Assembly (NCBI RefSeq): GCF_964188315.1
Contig: NC_135656.1
Location: 112,902,001-112,966,000 of the forward strand
Length of the DNA stretch: 64,000 bases
Reading direction: 5' to 3'
Source: Podarcis muralis
Lineage: Eukaryota
Part shown: positions 26,268 to 36,826 of the stretch, one piece after another
Layout of the letters: each line of letters begins with the position of its first letter
How positions within the stretch are numbered: the stretch's first letter is position 1
Notes under the pieces: model-generated
Told to the model about the DNA's origin: nothing
Seen by the model: the letters and a program-made list of their open reading frames with translations, nothing else
The model's database searches: none
Translations under genes and position numbers: made by a program

Positions 26268-27251
26268 TAAATTCTTTTTGGGGTGGGACAGGGAGTTGCT
26301 TATTGGCAGCTGCCTGAAAGGAGACGCTTTCTAGGCAGCAGCTCCTCCCATCTATGGTTTCCTTCAGACGGCTCAGGACGTGCCACACAGTCTCTATGAT
26401 GATTACTGTCCTTGGTTGGCTGGCTGATCTTTTCTCAACCTGAAAGGTAATAGTGAGACTCCACTTGATGTTTCTAGGTCCTTCCCACAGCTTCAGATGT
26501 TCCCAGCTCTGCAGTGGCTTCTGCTCCTCCTCCTCAATCCTCTTCTTCAATTTCTCACCATAGAAGAAGAGCTGCAAGGTTGCTTTTTGAGAGGTGCAGA
26601 GGTGTTGGAGATCTGCAATCCAGGCAAAAGGCGGAGCAGAATTAATTTTTGTTTCATTCTGCTGCAAAGGACAATAGTGATCATTATCTGTGAAATGGAT
26701 CTAAGCAAGCACGTCTCTCTCATCTCCCACTTGAAACTAAATGCCCAGCATCGTTCCTTGTACTTTCCTCACCCAGGAAGGCACTATCCCTGGGCGACTA
26801 TGGGAGGGAAGGCAGAAAATAAAGAGAATGAATAAAACTATGGGGGATGGCAGAGAATGGTATCTCCTCCATCTGCGCCCAGAGACTGAGGCTTGACACA
26901 GAGGGAGGAAAGGGACATACCTGAACGGCCCAGAGCAGTCCCCGTCCCAAGAGCTTAAGATGACTGACAGTTCAAGGAAGGCTGTCTTCTCTTCCATTTC
27001 CATTTGCTAGATGGTGGAAGGAGGAGAAAAGAGTGTCAGGGTGGAGAATATATTCAGGTTCTGCAACATCAAGGAGCCACGTCATTCATGAGCATTCCCT
27101 GGGAAAGGCACTTTTAAATTCCCTACAAAGGTCACAACATCAGGAAAAGAACTTTCTAGAAGCTTATTATTAGTGTATTTTTGGTCTTTGTGGAAGCCGC
27201 CCAGAGTGGCTGGGGAAACCCAGCCAGATGGGCGGGGTACAAATAATAATA

Positions 27252-27282
<31 letters not shown>

Positions 27283-27462
27283 GGTGCCCACCTTTGGAAT
27301 AGTCACTCATTTCCTGCAGGAGAAAGGGGCCACCCCAAATAGAAGCAAAGTGGCCTTGTGTGCTTTAAAAAATATCCAACCCTTTCTGGATTAATTCCCC
27401 CCACCCCCAGTTTATTATTTTTAGACTCGTACTTTTTCACTTCCCAACATCAGCAACACTTA

Positions 27463-27563
27463 CAAGAAGCCCTTGAATCTTCTTTTCCGCGTCTGTTTTT
27501 CCCCACCTCCAAATGCTGCCTGTCTCATCGCCTCCAGATTCTCCGCAAGAGCGTCAATTTGAT
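27463..27563 (-). pseudogene. Second, frameshifted copy of TRIM exon 2 in locus D
   Basis: ttcag|GATCAAATTGACGCT...CAAGGGCTTCTT|gtaagt is 101 nt, not a multiple of 3. It reads DQIDALAENLEAMR in one frame and TDAEKKIQGLL in another. Confidence 0.6.
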
Positions 27564-27926
27564 CCTGAAGAGAAAACATAAACCAGTTTGTTTTGTTTTT
27601 GGTTCCTTTATTGTCTATTTCTGAAGTGAAATCCGAGGGGCAAAGTTGAATGGCATGCTTTCTCCTTGCCCTCACATTCCTGTGCTTTTTTACAGAGATC
27701 CCCTGCAACCTTCCATATCCTCTTGCAGCATTAGAATGGGTTGGATTCAATAGATTACAAGTGAAGTAGGGGGTTTAACACACCTTGATAGGAAGGAAGG
27801 GAGACCTCCCCAATGCTTTGGGAAGAGAATACACTCAAGAATGAGGGAACATAAAAAGTGTCCTTCTAATCTGGATCAGGCCAGCATCTCTTTTTCACAT
27901 TGTCCAACCAGATGCCTCTCTTAGAC

Positions 27927-28388
27927 CTGAGTGGCGCTGTGGTCTAAACCACAGAGCCTAGGGCTTGCAAATCGGAAGGTCGGCGGTTCGAATCCCCGCG
28001 ACAGGGTGAGCTCCCATTGCTCGGTCCCAGCTCCTGCCAACCTAGCAGTTTGAAAGCATGGCAAAGTGTAAGTAGATAAATAGGTACCGCTCCGGCGGAA
28101 AGGTAAACGACGTTTCTGTGCGCTGCTCTGGTTCACTAGAAGTCATATGGCCAGCATGACTAAACCGCTTCTGGCGCAGTGAGACACCGTGACAGAAACC
28201 AGAGCGCACGGAAATACCGTTTACCTTCCCGCCGCAGCGGTATCTATTTATCTACTTGCACTGGTGTGCTTTCGAACTGCTAAGTTGGCAGAAGCTGGGA
28301 CAGAGCAATGGGAGTGGGAATTTGAACCACCAATCTTTTGATCAGAAAGCCCAAGAGGCTCAGTGGTTTAGACCACAGTGCCACCTGC
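27927..28388. mobile_element. Two partial Sauria SINEs in inverted arrangement
   Basis: Plus copy from GTGGCGCTGTGGTCTAAACCAC; minus copy ending GGTTTAGACCACAGTGCCAC. Confidence 0.75.
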
Positions 28389-28746
28389 ATTATGTGTGTT
28401 GAAACATCTAATATTCAGTTTTACTGAATGCCCTCAGGTTCTCGTATGAGAGATAAATAATTCTGTCCATCTGCTTTCTTCACACTGTGCATAATTTTAT
28501 GTCCCTCTTGTCTTAACTTTTGTTTTTCTAAACTCAAAAGCCTCAGATGTTGTGACTTTTCCCCATAGGGAAGTTTGAGATGTCGCAAGGCCATAGGACA
28601 GAATGAATTGTTTTCCTTTGAGCTCAGCAAGCAATTGGAAATGTCAAAGCAGGTAGCATCACGCAGTGCTATGGAGTGCTTAAGAAGTGGAGTGCAGGAT
28701 CAGGCCAGTGGCCTGTTCTCACAGTGGCCAACCAGACAGCACTTAC

Positions 28747-29738
28747 AAGCTCATCTTGGCTTTCCTTTAAGATGGCTGCTCCGTATGCCAGAACCTTCTC
28801 TCTCTCTTGACACAAAATCTCCTCGTGACTGCAGAGTTGATCCTGGAAAGAAACATGATTTGTACTTTGGTTCTTTTTTTTCTTTTTTGGTTTATTGAGT
28901 ATTTATGATATCAAAATTGAGAAAGTGAGAGGGAAGTTGAATGCAATGCTTGTGACTTAAGTTTGATGGAGGTCTCTTGCACCTTCCATGTCACATTATA
29001 GCATTCAACATAAAATTGTAGAGTTGGAAGGGACCCCGAGGGTCATCTAGCCCAACCTCATTGTATGCCCCGTGGAGGACCTTAAGGTCCACAAATTACA
29101 ACACTTTGGAGGTCCCGAGCCGCAAGGTGGTTAGATTGGTCTCAATTAGGGCCAGGGCCTTTTCAGCCCTGGCCCCGACTTGCTGGAACGCTCTGTCACT
29201 GGAGACTAGGGCCCTGCGGGACTTGACATCTTTCCACAGGGCCTGCAAGACAGAGCTGTTCCGCCTGGCCTTTGGTTTGGACTCAGTCTGACCCTTATGT
29301 TTCCCTCCCCTTCTGGTCTTGATCTACGGGCTACTTTTAAAATGAGGCTGCATTTTAAATTGTATTTTAACTCGGATTTTAAATTGCCCCCTCCCCATTA
29401 TGTTTTTACAGGGGTACCTCGGGATGCGAACGGGATCCGTTCCGGAGCCCCGTTCGCACCCTGAATAGAACGTAAGACGCGATTGCACATCTGCGCATGC
29501 GCGGGTCGCGTTTTGCAGCTTCCGCGCATGCGCATGATGTCATTTTGAGCGTCTGAGCATGCGCAAGCCGCGAAACCCAGAAGTAACGCGCTCCATTCCC
29601 TCCGGGTTGCCACAGAGCGTAACTTGAAAACGCTCAACTGGAAGCACATTCAACCCGAGATATGACTGTACTGTAGTTTTTACTGTTGTTAGCCACCCTG
29701 AACCCGGCTCTGGCCGGGGAGGGTGGGGTATAAATAAA

Positions 29739-29794
<56 letters not shown>

Positions 29795-31397
29795 CTGTCC
29801 CATACGGGATCAAACCTGCAGCCTTGGAATTACCAGCACTATGCTCTAACCCAGTGTTTCTCAAATGTGGGCCATAGGGCCCCTTGGGGACCCTCATGAT
29901 ATTTCAAACAAGGTCAGAAAAAAGGTTGAGAAACACTGCTCTAACCAACTGAGCTACCCAAATGGGTCAGATTGAATAAGTTAGTGGGGTTTAACACTCC
30001 TTGAAATGAAATCCTGGGGAAGGGCATCCTTGCTGATTTCTTGGGGAAATAACGCATTCAAGAAAGAGAGAACAAAATAAGAGGCCTGCTGGATCAGACC
30101 AAAGTCTAGCGTCCTCTTCTCACACTGACCAATCAGATGTCTCTGAGAAGCCTATTGGAGATCTTTGAGAGTGTCAATAAGCAAATAGATGTAGCAGAAC
30201 TGGCTAAATTGACATACAAACTGAGAGATAAGGACAACTGTGACTTTAAAGAAGAATGGGAACGTTTGACTTTTTTTTTCCTTGTTGGAACTTTTTACAT
30301 TTTACTTAAAAAGACAACAAAACGAATTGGACTTCTTGGCAGGTTTTGAATAAACATATACAAATCTATTGAGTGTTAACATAGTAGATGGACACAGGTG
30401 GCGCTGTGGGTTAAACCACAGAGCCTAGGACCTGCTGATCAGAAGGTCGGCGGTTTGAATCCCTGCGATGGGGTGAGTTCCCATTGCTTGGTCCCTACTT
30501 CTGCCAACTTAGCAGTTCGAATGCACATCAAAGTACAAGTAGATAAATAGGTACCACTCTGGCGGGAAGGTAAACGGTGTTTCCGTGCACTGCTCTGGTT
30601 CGCCAGAAGTGGCTTAGTCATGCTGGTCACATGACCCGGAAGCTGTATGCCAGATCCCTTGGCCAATAAAGAGATGAGTGCCGCAACCCCAGAGTCGGCC
30701 ACGACTGGACCTAATGGTCAGGCGTCCCTTTACCCTTTACCTTTTTTCCATCATAATAATAGTAATAAATGTATTATTTATAATCTACCTATTAAACATT
30801 TAAAAACATCCCTATACAGGGCTCCCTTCAGATGTCTTCTAAAGGTTGTACAGTTTCTTATCTCCTTGGCTCAGAGGTCGCACACCCTCCAACGTTTCTC
30901 TGTTGAAAGTAGGGACATCCTACCATACCCTCCAACATTTCTCGGGTTAAAATAGGGACGTCCTAAGGAAAAGTGGGACATTCTAGGATCAAACTGGGAC
31001 AGCTTCTGTAAATCCGGGACTGTTCCTGGAAAATAGGGACTTTTGGAGCGTCTGCCATTCCACTTAATGAAATACTCCACCCCCTTATCACAAAGCTCAC
31101 TGGAGCATTCATTTTATGGAGACACACTGCAACATTTTGTTGCAGGACCTGCTTGCCCATAGCTAGTAGAGTATTACTAGAATAGAAAACGTGATTTCCT
31201 ACCTTGTATATTTCAGGCGCTTCATCCAGAGGAACAACCTTGTGTTTTTTGTGTTCCTTGGCTTTGTCACAAATCACACAGATGGCGGTTTTGTGGTTTT
31301 TACAGAAGAGTTTCTGGGGTTCCTGGTGTTTTTCGCAGAAGCTCCATGTTCCCCTTTGATGTCTGGAGAGATCTTCAGCAAGACCCCCAGCAGCCAT
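28747..31397 (-). CDS. Divergent RING-less TRIM-like locus D (B-box2 exon plus coiled-coil exon 2); gene or pseudogene unresolved
   Basis: Exon 31397-31203 (195 nt, MAAGGLAEDLSRHQRGTWSFCEKHQEPQKLFCKNHKTAICVICDKAKEHKKHKVVPLDEAPEIYK|gtagg). Exon 28842-28747 (96 nt, DQLCSHEEILCQEREKVLAYGAAILKESQDEL) has ag/gtaagt sites. No downstream SPRY exon was found. Confidence 0.6.
29409..29668. mobile_element. Tigger-type MITE
   Basis: CAGGGGTACCTCGGG..CCCGAGATATGACTG, TA flanks; nested in an L2 3' tail. Confidence 0.7.
29852..29938. mobile_element. 87-bp hAT MITE inside a tRNA-derived SINE head
   Basis: Perfect 13-bp TIR CAGTGTTTCTCAA; exact 8-bp TSD CTCTAACC. Confidence 0.85.
30390..30741 (+). mobile_element. 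Sauria SINE, near full length
   Basis: GGTGGCGCTGTGGGTTAAACCACAGAGCC head; CCTTTACC tail. Confidence 0.9.
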
Positions 31398-31475
31398 GGC
31401 TGCCTCCGGCACAAGAGTTACTTTTTTCTCTGTGGTCTTTTGTTAAAAACTTATTTCACAAACTGGGTGTTCCCT

Positions 31476-31484
31476 TTCCTGGAA
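31476..31484 (-). promoter_or_regulatory. GAS motif retained upstream of locus D
   Basis: gggtgttccctTTCCTGGAA at the position homologous to the other copies. Confidence 0.5.
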
Positions 31485-32024
31485 AACAGGTGACTGGGGA
31501 TTTCTACTTTGTGTTGCACCTCAGGTGTGTGTCAAAGTCCACAGCCAAAGCAAAAGTTTAAACAATTATAAAAAAATTAAAAAGAATGTGCAAAGCAAAC
31601 TCTTAGTTGGCAAGGACATTCTGCAGCCTTTGATTCAGTACCAGGAAGAAACCTTTAATTTAGTACCAGGAAAGAAACAGGAGAATACAGGAGATAAGAC
31701 GCCTCATTAACTCTAAATTATTTGGGGCATTCCTCACAGGTGCCCCGGGTGATATTTCAGGCTCAGTTAGCTGTAATATCAAAGATGACATTTGGGGGTG
31801 CTATTTCTCTAAAATGCATGTGGAATTTAGGGAGAGGAAAACCAATTTCCTCTGGATTTTAATGATCTTCCAGAGTGGGATGCAGTAAAAACCAGGACAC
31901 CACAAAAGTTGTTGAGCTGCTTCTTTTTTAAAGAAAACCACCAAAATTGTTGAGCTTTTTAAAGGCAATTCCCAAAGTTGTTCAGCTTCTATTCCCTTTT
32001 TATTCTGATATATGATAGCACTAC

Positions 32025-32096
<72 letters not shown>

Positions 32097-32239
32097 TTTT
32101 TAATACTCCGCCCTCCCCGCCCAGGACCAATAAAATTACAATAAAATGTAATGGGGGGGCAGTAACCCAGTCTGAAAGAAAGACTTGATCAGGCCTCAGG
32201 CTCAGACCATGATAATGTCTGACATATGGGACGGCTAGC

Positions 32240-32615
32240 TGAAAGATACTCGGAGTCGAGTGTGAATTTCATGCTCTTTATTCAGCTCGTAGTAGCAATT
32301 ATGAAACTTTTCCCCAAACGTCTAGCTATATATACATTATTTACACAATGGGTCCCACATGATTGGCTAATTCCGGGCTGCTCCTGTATGCCAATCAGGT
32401 TGCTGATTCACTTCCTCCAGAAGCCTGATTGGCTGCTCCTGCAGGCCAATCAGGTTGCTGATTCACTTCATCCAGGAGCCTGATTGGCTGCTCCTGTAGG
32501 CCAATAAGGTCGCTGATTCATTTCCACCTGGAGCTAGATTGGGTGGCTCCTGCGGACCAATCAGACTGCTGCGTTCTAGATCCTATTGTTCTAGGATTCA
32601 GCTCAGTACGTAACA
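32240..32615 (-). mobile_element. Solo LTR with repeated CCAAT units
   Basis: Minus strand TGTTACGTAC...TATCTTTCA; TATA-like GTATATATAG followed by AATAAA; TSD CTAGC/GTAGC (4 of 5 match). Confidence 0.75.
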
Positions 32616-32929
32616 GTAGCTAATCCTCAGAAGATATAATATGGAGGAGGAGAAATTGGGAACCCAGGATGTGTCTTGACTCTGAAGAGAGATCTGGCAT
32701 GCTGGGAAGCAAATCGTTGGATGCTCTGGAGAAGAAAAGTGGGCCTTCAGAAGAGCCCCCCACCCTCTAGACTCTAGATATTCTCAGTTCAAAGACTCCT
32801 ACAGCAGCACCTCCTGCTCTCCTTCAGTTTCATTGGATCACTCCAGGAGCTAAGATCACGAAAAATCTCCCTATCCATTTTCTCAGCATCTCCACCATGT
32901 TATAAAGCCCTCTTCAGAGATGTGCTCTG

Positions 32930-33665
32930 TGACAGGAGGCTGCAGGTGTGGGGGACTCCCTGGTCCTGAATGGGGTAACTGTGCCCCTGAAGGACCAGGT
33001 GCGCAGCCTGGGAGTCATTCTGGACTCACAGCTGTCCATGGAGGCGCAGGCCAATTCTGTGTCCAGGGCAGCTGTCTACCAGCTCCATTTGGTACAGTGG
33101 CTGAGATCCTACCTGACTCTGCACCATCTAGCCAGAGTGGTACATGCTCTAGTTATCTCCCACTTTAACTACTGCAATGTGCTCTATGTGGGGCTACCTT
33201 TGAAGGTGACTCGGAAACTACAACTAATCCAGAATGTGGCAGCTAGACCGGTGACTGGGAGTGGCTGCCAGGACATATAATACTGGTCCTAAATATTATT
33301 TATTGGCTCCTAGTGCATTTCTGAGCACAATTCAAAGTGTTGGTGCTGACCTTTAAAGCGCTAAACGGCCTCAGTCCTGTATACCTGAAGGAGCATCTCC
33401 ACCCCCATCATTCAGCCTAGACACTGAGGTCCAGCGATGAGGGCCTTCTGCTGGTTCCCTTACTGTGAAGTTACAGGAAACCAGGCAGAAGGCCTTCTCT
33501 GTAGTCACATTCACCATCTGGAACGCCCTCTCTTCAGATGACAAGAAGATAAATCAACTATCTGACTTTTAGAAGACATCTGAAGGCAGCCCTGTTTAGG
33601 GAAGTTTTTAATGTTTGATGTTTTACTATGTTTCAATATATGCTGTGAGCCGCACAGAGTGGCTG
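32930..33665 (+). mobile_element. L2 LINE 3' fragment
   Basis: LNGVTVPLKDQVRSLGVILDSQLSMEAQ.. is homologous to 42160-43290. Confidence 0.85.
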
Positions 33666-33810
33666 ATGGGATGATGGGAACTGTAGTCCACAATACCTAA
33701 AGTTCACCACTCTGGCTTCCCCAACTATAATTGCATGAGCTCATATTGTCATTACCAGATTAGTTATCAGGATGGTGTGATGCTAAATCTCTATTCCCTT
33801 TCTTCGCCAG

Positions 33811-33843
33811 ACACTGTGGCATCTGGACTTCAGCTGTGAAAAG
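33811..33843 (+). pseudogene. Orphan TRIM exon 6 relic
   Basis: ccag|ACACTGTGGCATCTGGACTTCAGCTGTGAAAAG|gtaaat matches the 33-nt exon 6 but has an in-frame TGA. Flanking intron homology is present; no partner exons nearby. Confidence 0.75.
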
Positions 33844-33965
33844 GTAAATTTCAGGGTTGAATGGAGGCACAATTTCAGGAGAACGGGAATCTGCTTCTCA
33901 AAAGATGAGGCCACTGCAGTTCTTCTGTCCATGCCTTATTTCCCCCCAGTTAGCACTTTCTCCAC

Positions 33966-34140
33966 GGATGCAGGTGGCGCTGTGGGTTAAACCACTTTGC
34001 TGCTTGGGCTTGCCAATTGAAAGGTCGGTGGTTCGAATCCCCGCGACGGGGTGAACTCGGCCTGTAAAGCGAGATGAGCATTGCAACCCCAAAGTCGTTT
34101 GCGACTGGACTTAATTGTCAGGGGTCCCTTTACCTTTACT
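33966..34140 (+). mobile_element. Sauria SINE with internal deletion
   Basis: Head and tail motifs are joined directly. Confidence 0.75.
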
Positions 34141-34195
34141 AGCACTTTCCACGTCTGCCTTACAGGTTTTCTGTCACTTTCAGGAAGTGATAAAT

Positions 34196-34459
34196 TACCG
34201 TATTTTTTGCTCTATAGGACTCACTTTTTCCTTCCTAAAAAGTAAGGGGAAATGTGTGTGCGTCTTATGGAGCGAATGCAGGCTGTGCAGCTATCCCAGA
34301 AGCCAGAACAGCAAGAGGGATTGCTGCTTTCACTGCGCAACGATCCCTCTTGCTGTTCTGGCTTCTGAGATTCAGAATATATTTTTTTCTTGTTTTCCTC
34401 CTACAAAAACTAGGTGTGTCTTATGGTCTGGTGCGTCTTATAGAGCGAAAAATACGGTA
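34196..34459. mobile_element. Tc1/mariner-type MITE
   Basis: TIRs TACCGTATTTTTTGCTCTATA / TATAGAGCGAAAAATACGGTA. Confidence 0.75.
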
Positions 34460-34644
34460 TACGTAGGTTGCTACACTCCTCTAATTCTCTTGTCAGTTAG
34501 TAGTTTCAAGTGGTTTCCTTTTATTATTTTAATTAATTAATTAATTAATTAATTAACTTTCTATACCACCCTATACCCAAGGTCTCAGGGCAGTTCACAA
34601 AATAAAATCACAATATAAAACCACAAAATACATATAATCATGCA

Positions 34645-35219
34645 ATCTTTGAGATGGAAGGGACCCCAAGGGTCATCTAGTCCAACCCCCTGCAAAGCAG
34701 GAATCTCAGCTAAAGCATCCATGATGGGTGGCCATCCAACATCTGCTTAAAAACCTCAAGGAAAGAGAGCACCCCCCTTCATGGGAGTCTGTTCCACTGC
34801 CGAACAGCTCTTACTACCAGAACGTTTTTCTGAATGTTTAGTCAGACTGTACTTTCTTGTAACTTGAAGCCATTGGTTCGAGTCCTACCCTCCAGAGCAG
34901 GAGAAAACAAGCTTGCTCCCTCATCCATGTGACAGAGCCTTGAGCTATCTGAAGGTGGCAATCGTATCTCCTCTCACTCTCCTCTTTTCCAGGCTAAACA
35001 CACCCAGCTCCTTCAACCGCTCCTCATAAGGCTCAGTTTCTAGACCCTTGACCTTCTCTGCACACATTCCAGCTTGTCAACATCCTTTTTAAATTGTGGC
35101 TCCCAGAACTGGACACAGTATTCCAGGTGTGGTCTGACTAAGGCAGAATAGAGCGGCACTATTACTTCCCTTGATCTGGACATTATGCTTCTGTTGGTGC
35201 AGCCTACAATAGCATTAGC
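34645..35219 (-). mobile_element. CR1 LINE fragment
   Basis: [43 protein letters not shown]. Confidence 0.85.
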
Positions 35220-35746
35220 CTTGTGGGCCAATCAAGTCGCTGATTCACTTCCACCTGGAGCTAGATTGGGTGGCTCCTGCGGACCAATCAGACTGCTGCA
35301 TTCTAGATCCTATTGATCTAGGATTCAGCTCAGTACGTAACAGTAGCTAATCCTCAGAAGATATAATATGGAGGAGATGGTTGCCATTAATTTGATTTTA
35401 ATTTGATTTAATTAATTTTATAATGAATGTTTTTAGAATGTTGGACTATTTCGATTGTTGTTAGCCGCCCTGAGCCCAGCTTCGGTTGGGGAGGGCGGGA
35501 TATAAATAAAATTTATTATTATTATTATGAGTCTACCGCTCTTAACCACTACACCACACTGGCAAAAACATTCATTTTTAACCAGGCCTTTGGTTGATCT
35601 GTTTGACATCCTACACCCTTTTAAACTGTGGCTCTTTTCTGGGGGTGTGTTATTGGGTGGCTGTTTTTATTCTGATTATATATGTGGTGATTTTTTCTGT
35701 GAACCGCCCTGAGACCTCCGGGTATAGGGAGGTATATAAATTCAAC

Positions 35747-35790
<44 letters not shown>

Positions 35791-36015
35791 GAGAAAATGG
35801 GGCTAAGTGAAAGTACCTGCTGTTAATAGTTGCCCTGTGGTGTGACTGGCAAATATATGGCTACCATTAGCTGAGCTGTTTGCAAAGGCCGTTTGCAGAG
35901 TTGTTTCCAGAGGTTACTCTTGTACATTATCAGACGCTGGTGCTCTTGTCAAAAGGACTCACTAAAAACTGGCGCTGGGATGGAGGGCTGGGCTGTTTCT
36001 TCTCTGTATGACTTG

Positions 36016-36106
36016 CATAGCTGTCAACTTTTCCCCTTTTCTTGCGAGGAATCCTATTCGGAATAAGGGAATTTCCCTTTAAAAAAGGGAAATGTTGACA
36101 GCTATG
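36016..36106. mobile_element. hAT MITE (CATAGCTGTCAAC TIR)
   Basis: TIRs; TSD ATGACTTG/ATGACTGG. Confidence 0.75.
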
Positions 36107-36112
36107 ATGACT

Positions 36113-36466
36113 GGCGCTGTGGGTAAAAGCCTCAGCGCCTAGGGCTTGCCGATCGAAAGGTTGGCGGTTCGAATCCCCGCGGCAGGGTGCGCTCCCGTTG
36201 CTCGGTCCCAGCGCCTGCCAACCTAGCAGTTCGAAAGCACTCCCGGGTGCAAGTAGATAAATAGGGACCGCTTACTAGCGGGAAGGTAAATGGCGTTTCC
36301 GTGTGCTGCGCTGGCTCGCCAGAGCAGCGATGTCACGCTGGCCACGTGACCCGGAAGTGTCTCCAGACAGCGCTGGCCCCCGGCCTCTTGAGTGAGATGG
36401 GCGCACAACCCCAGAGTCTGGCAAGACTGGCCCGTACGGGCAGGGGTACCTTTACCTTTACCTTTA
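36113..36466 (+). mobile_element. Sauria SINE in the TRIM E upstream region
   Basis: Head GGCGCTGTGGGTAAAAGCC; tail CCTTTACCTTTACC. Confidence 0.9.
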
Positions 36467-36732
36467 TGATGACTTGGCTACTAACTCGAAAGAGGAGTGT
36501 GAATGGAGCAAGGCGGGGGAGGGAGACAGCAATTCATTCATTAGCTTCCAAAGTAGTCTGAGGCTGACTTGCTGATAGTAAACAAAACCACAACAAATTC
36601 CAACAGCTCTCGCAGGGAGGATGAGCATTCCACGTAAAATAAACAAATAAACAAATATTTCCACCATATCAAAGCGGCTCGGAACTCCAGCCAACTCCAA
36701 GGCAGCAGGGATCCTGAGTGATCGCATCTGAT

Positions 36733-36785
36733 TTCCTGGAAAGGAAAACGCCCATTTGCAGACACAAAAAAGAGAAAATGAAACC
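36733..36785 (+). promoter_or_regulatory. GAS + ISRE-like upstream of TRIM E
   Basis: TTCCTGGAA (36733-36741), GAGAAAATGAAACC (36772-36785). Confidence 0.7.
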
Positions 36786-36826
36786 AGCTCTCTCTCACTC
36801 ACTTATCTCTTCCTGACGACTCCGCC

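Noticed and set aside
29796-29962. tRNA genes (also about 50858-50920 and the SINE heads)
   Set aside because: Degenerate or interrupted A/B boxes joined to SINE bodies; no intact cloverleaf.
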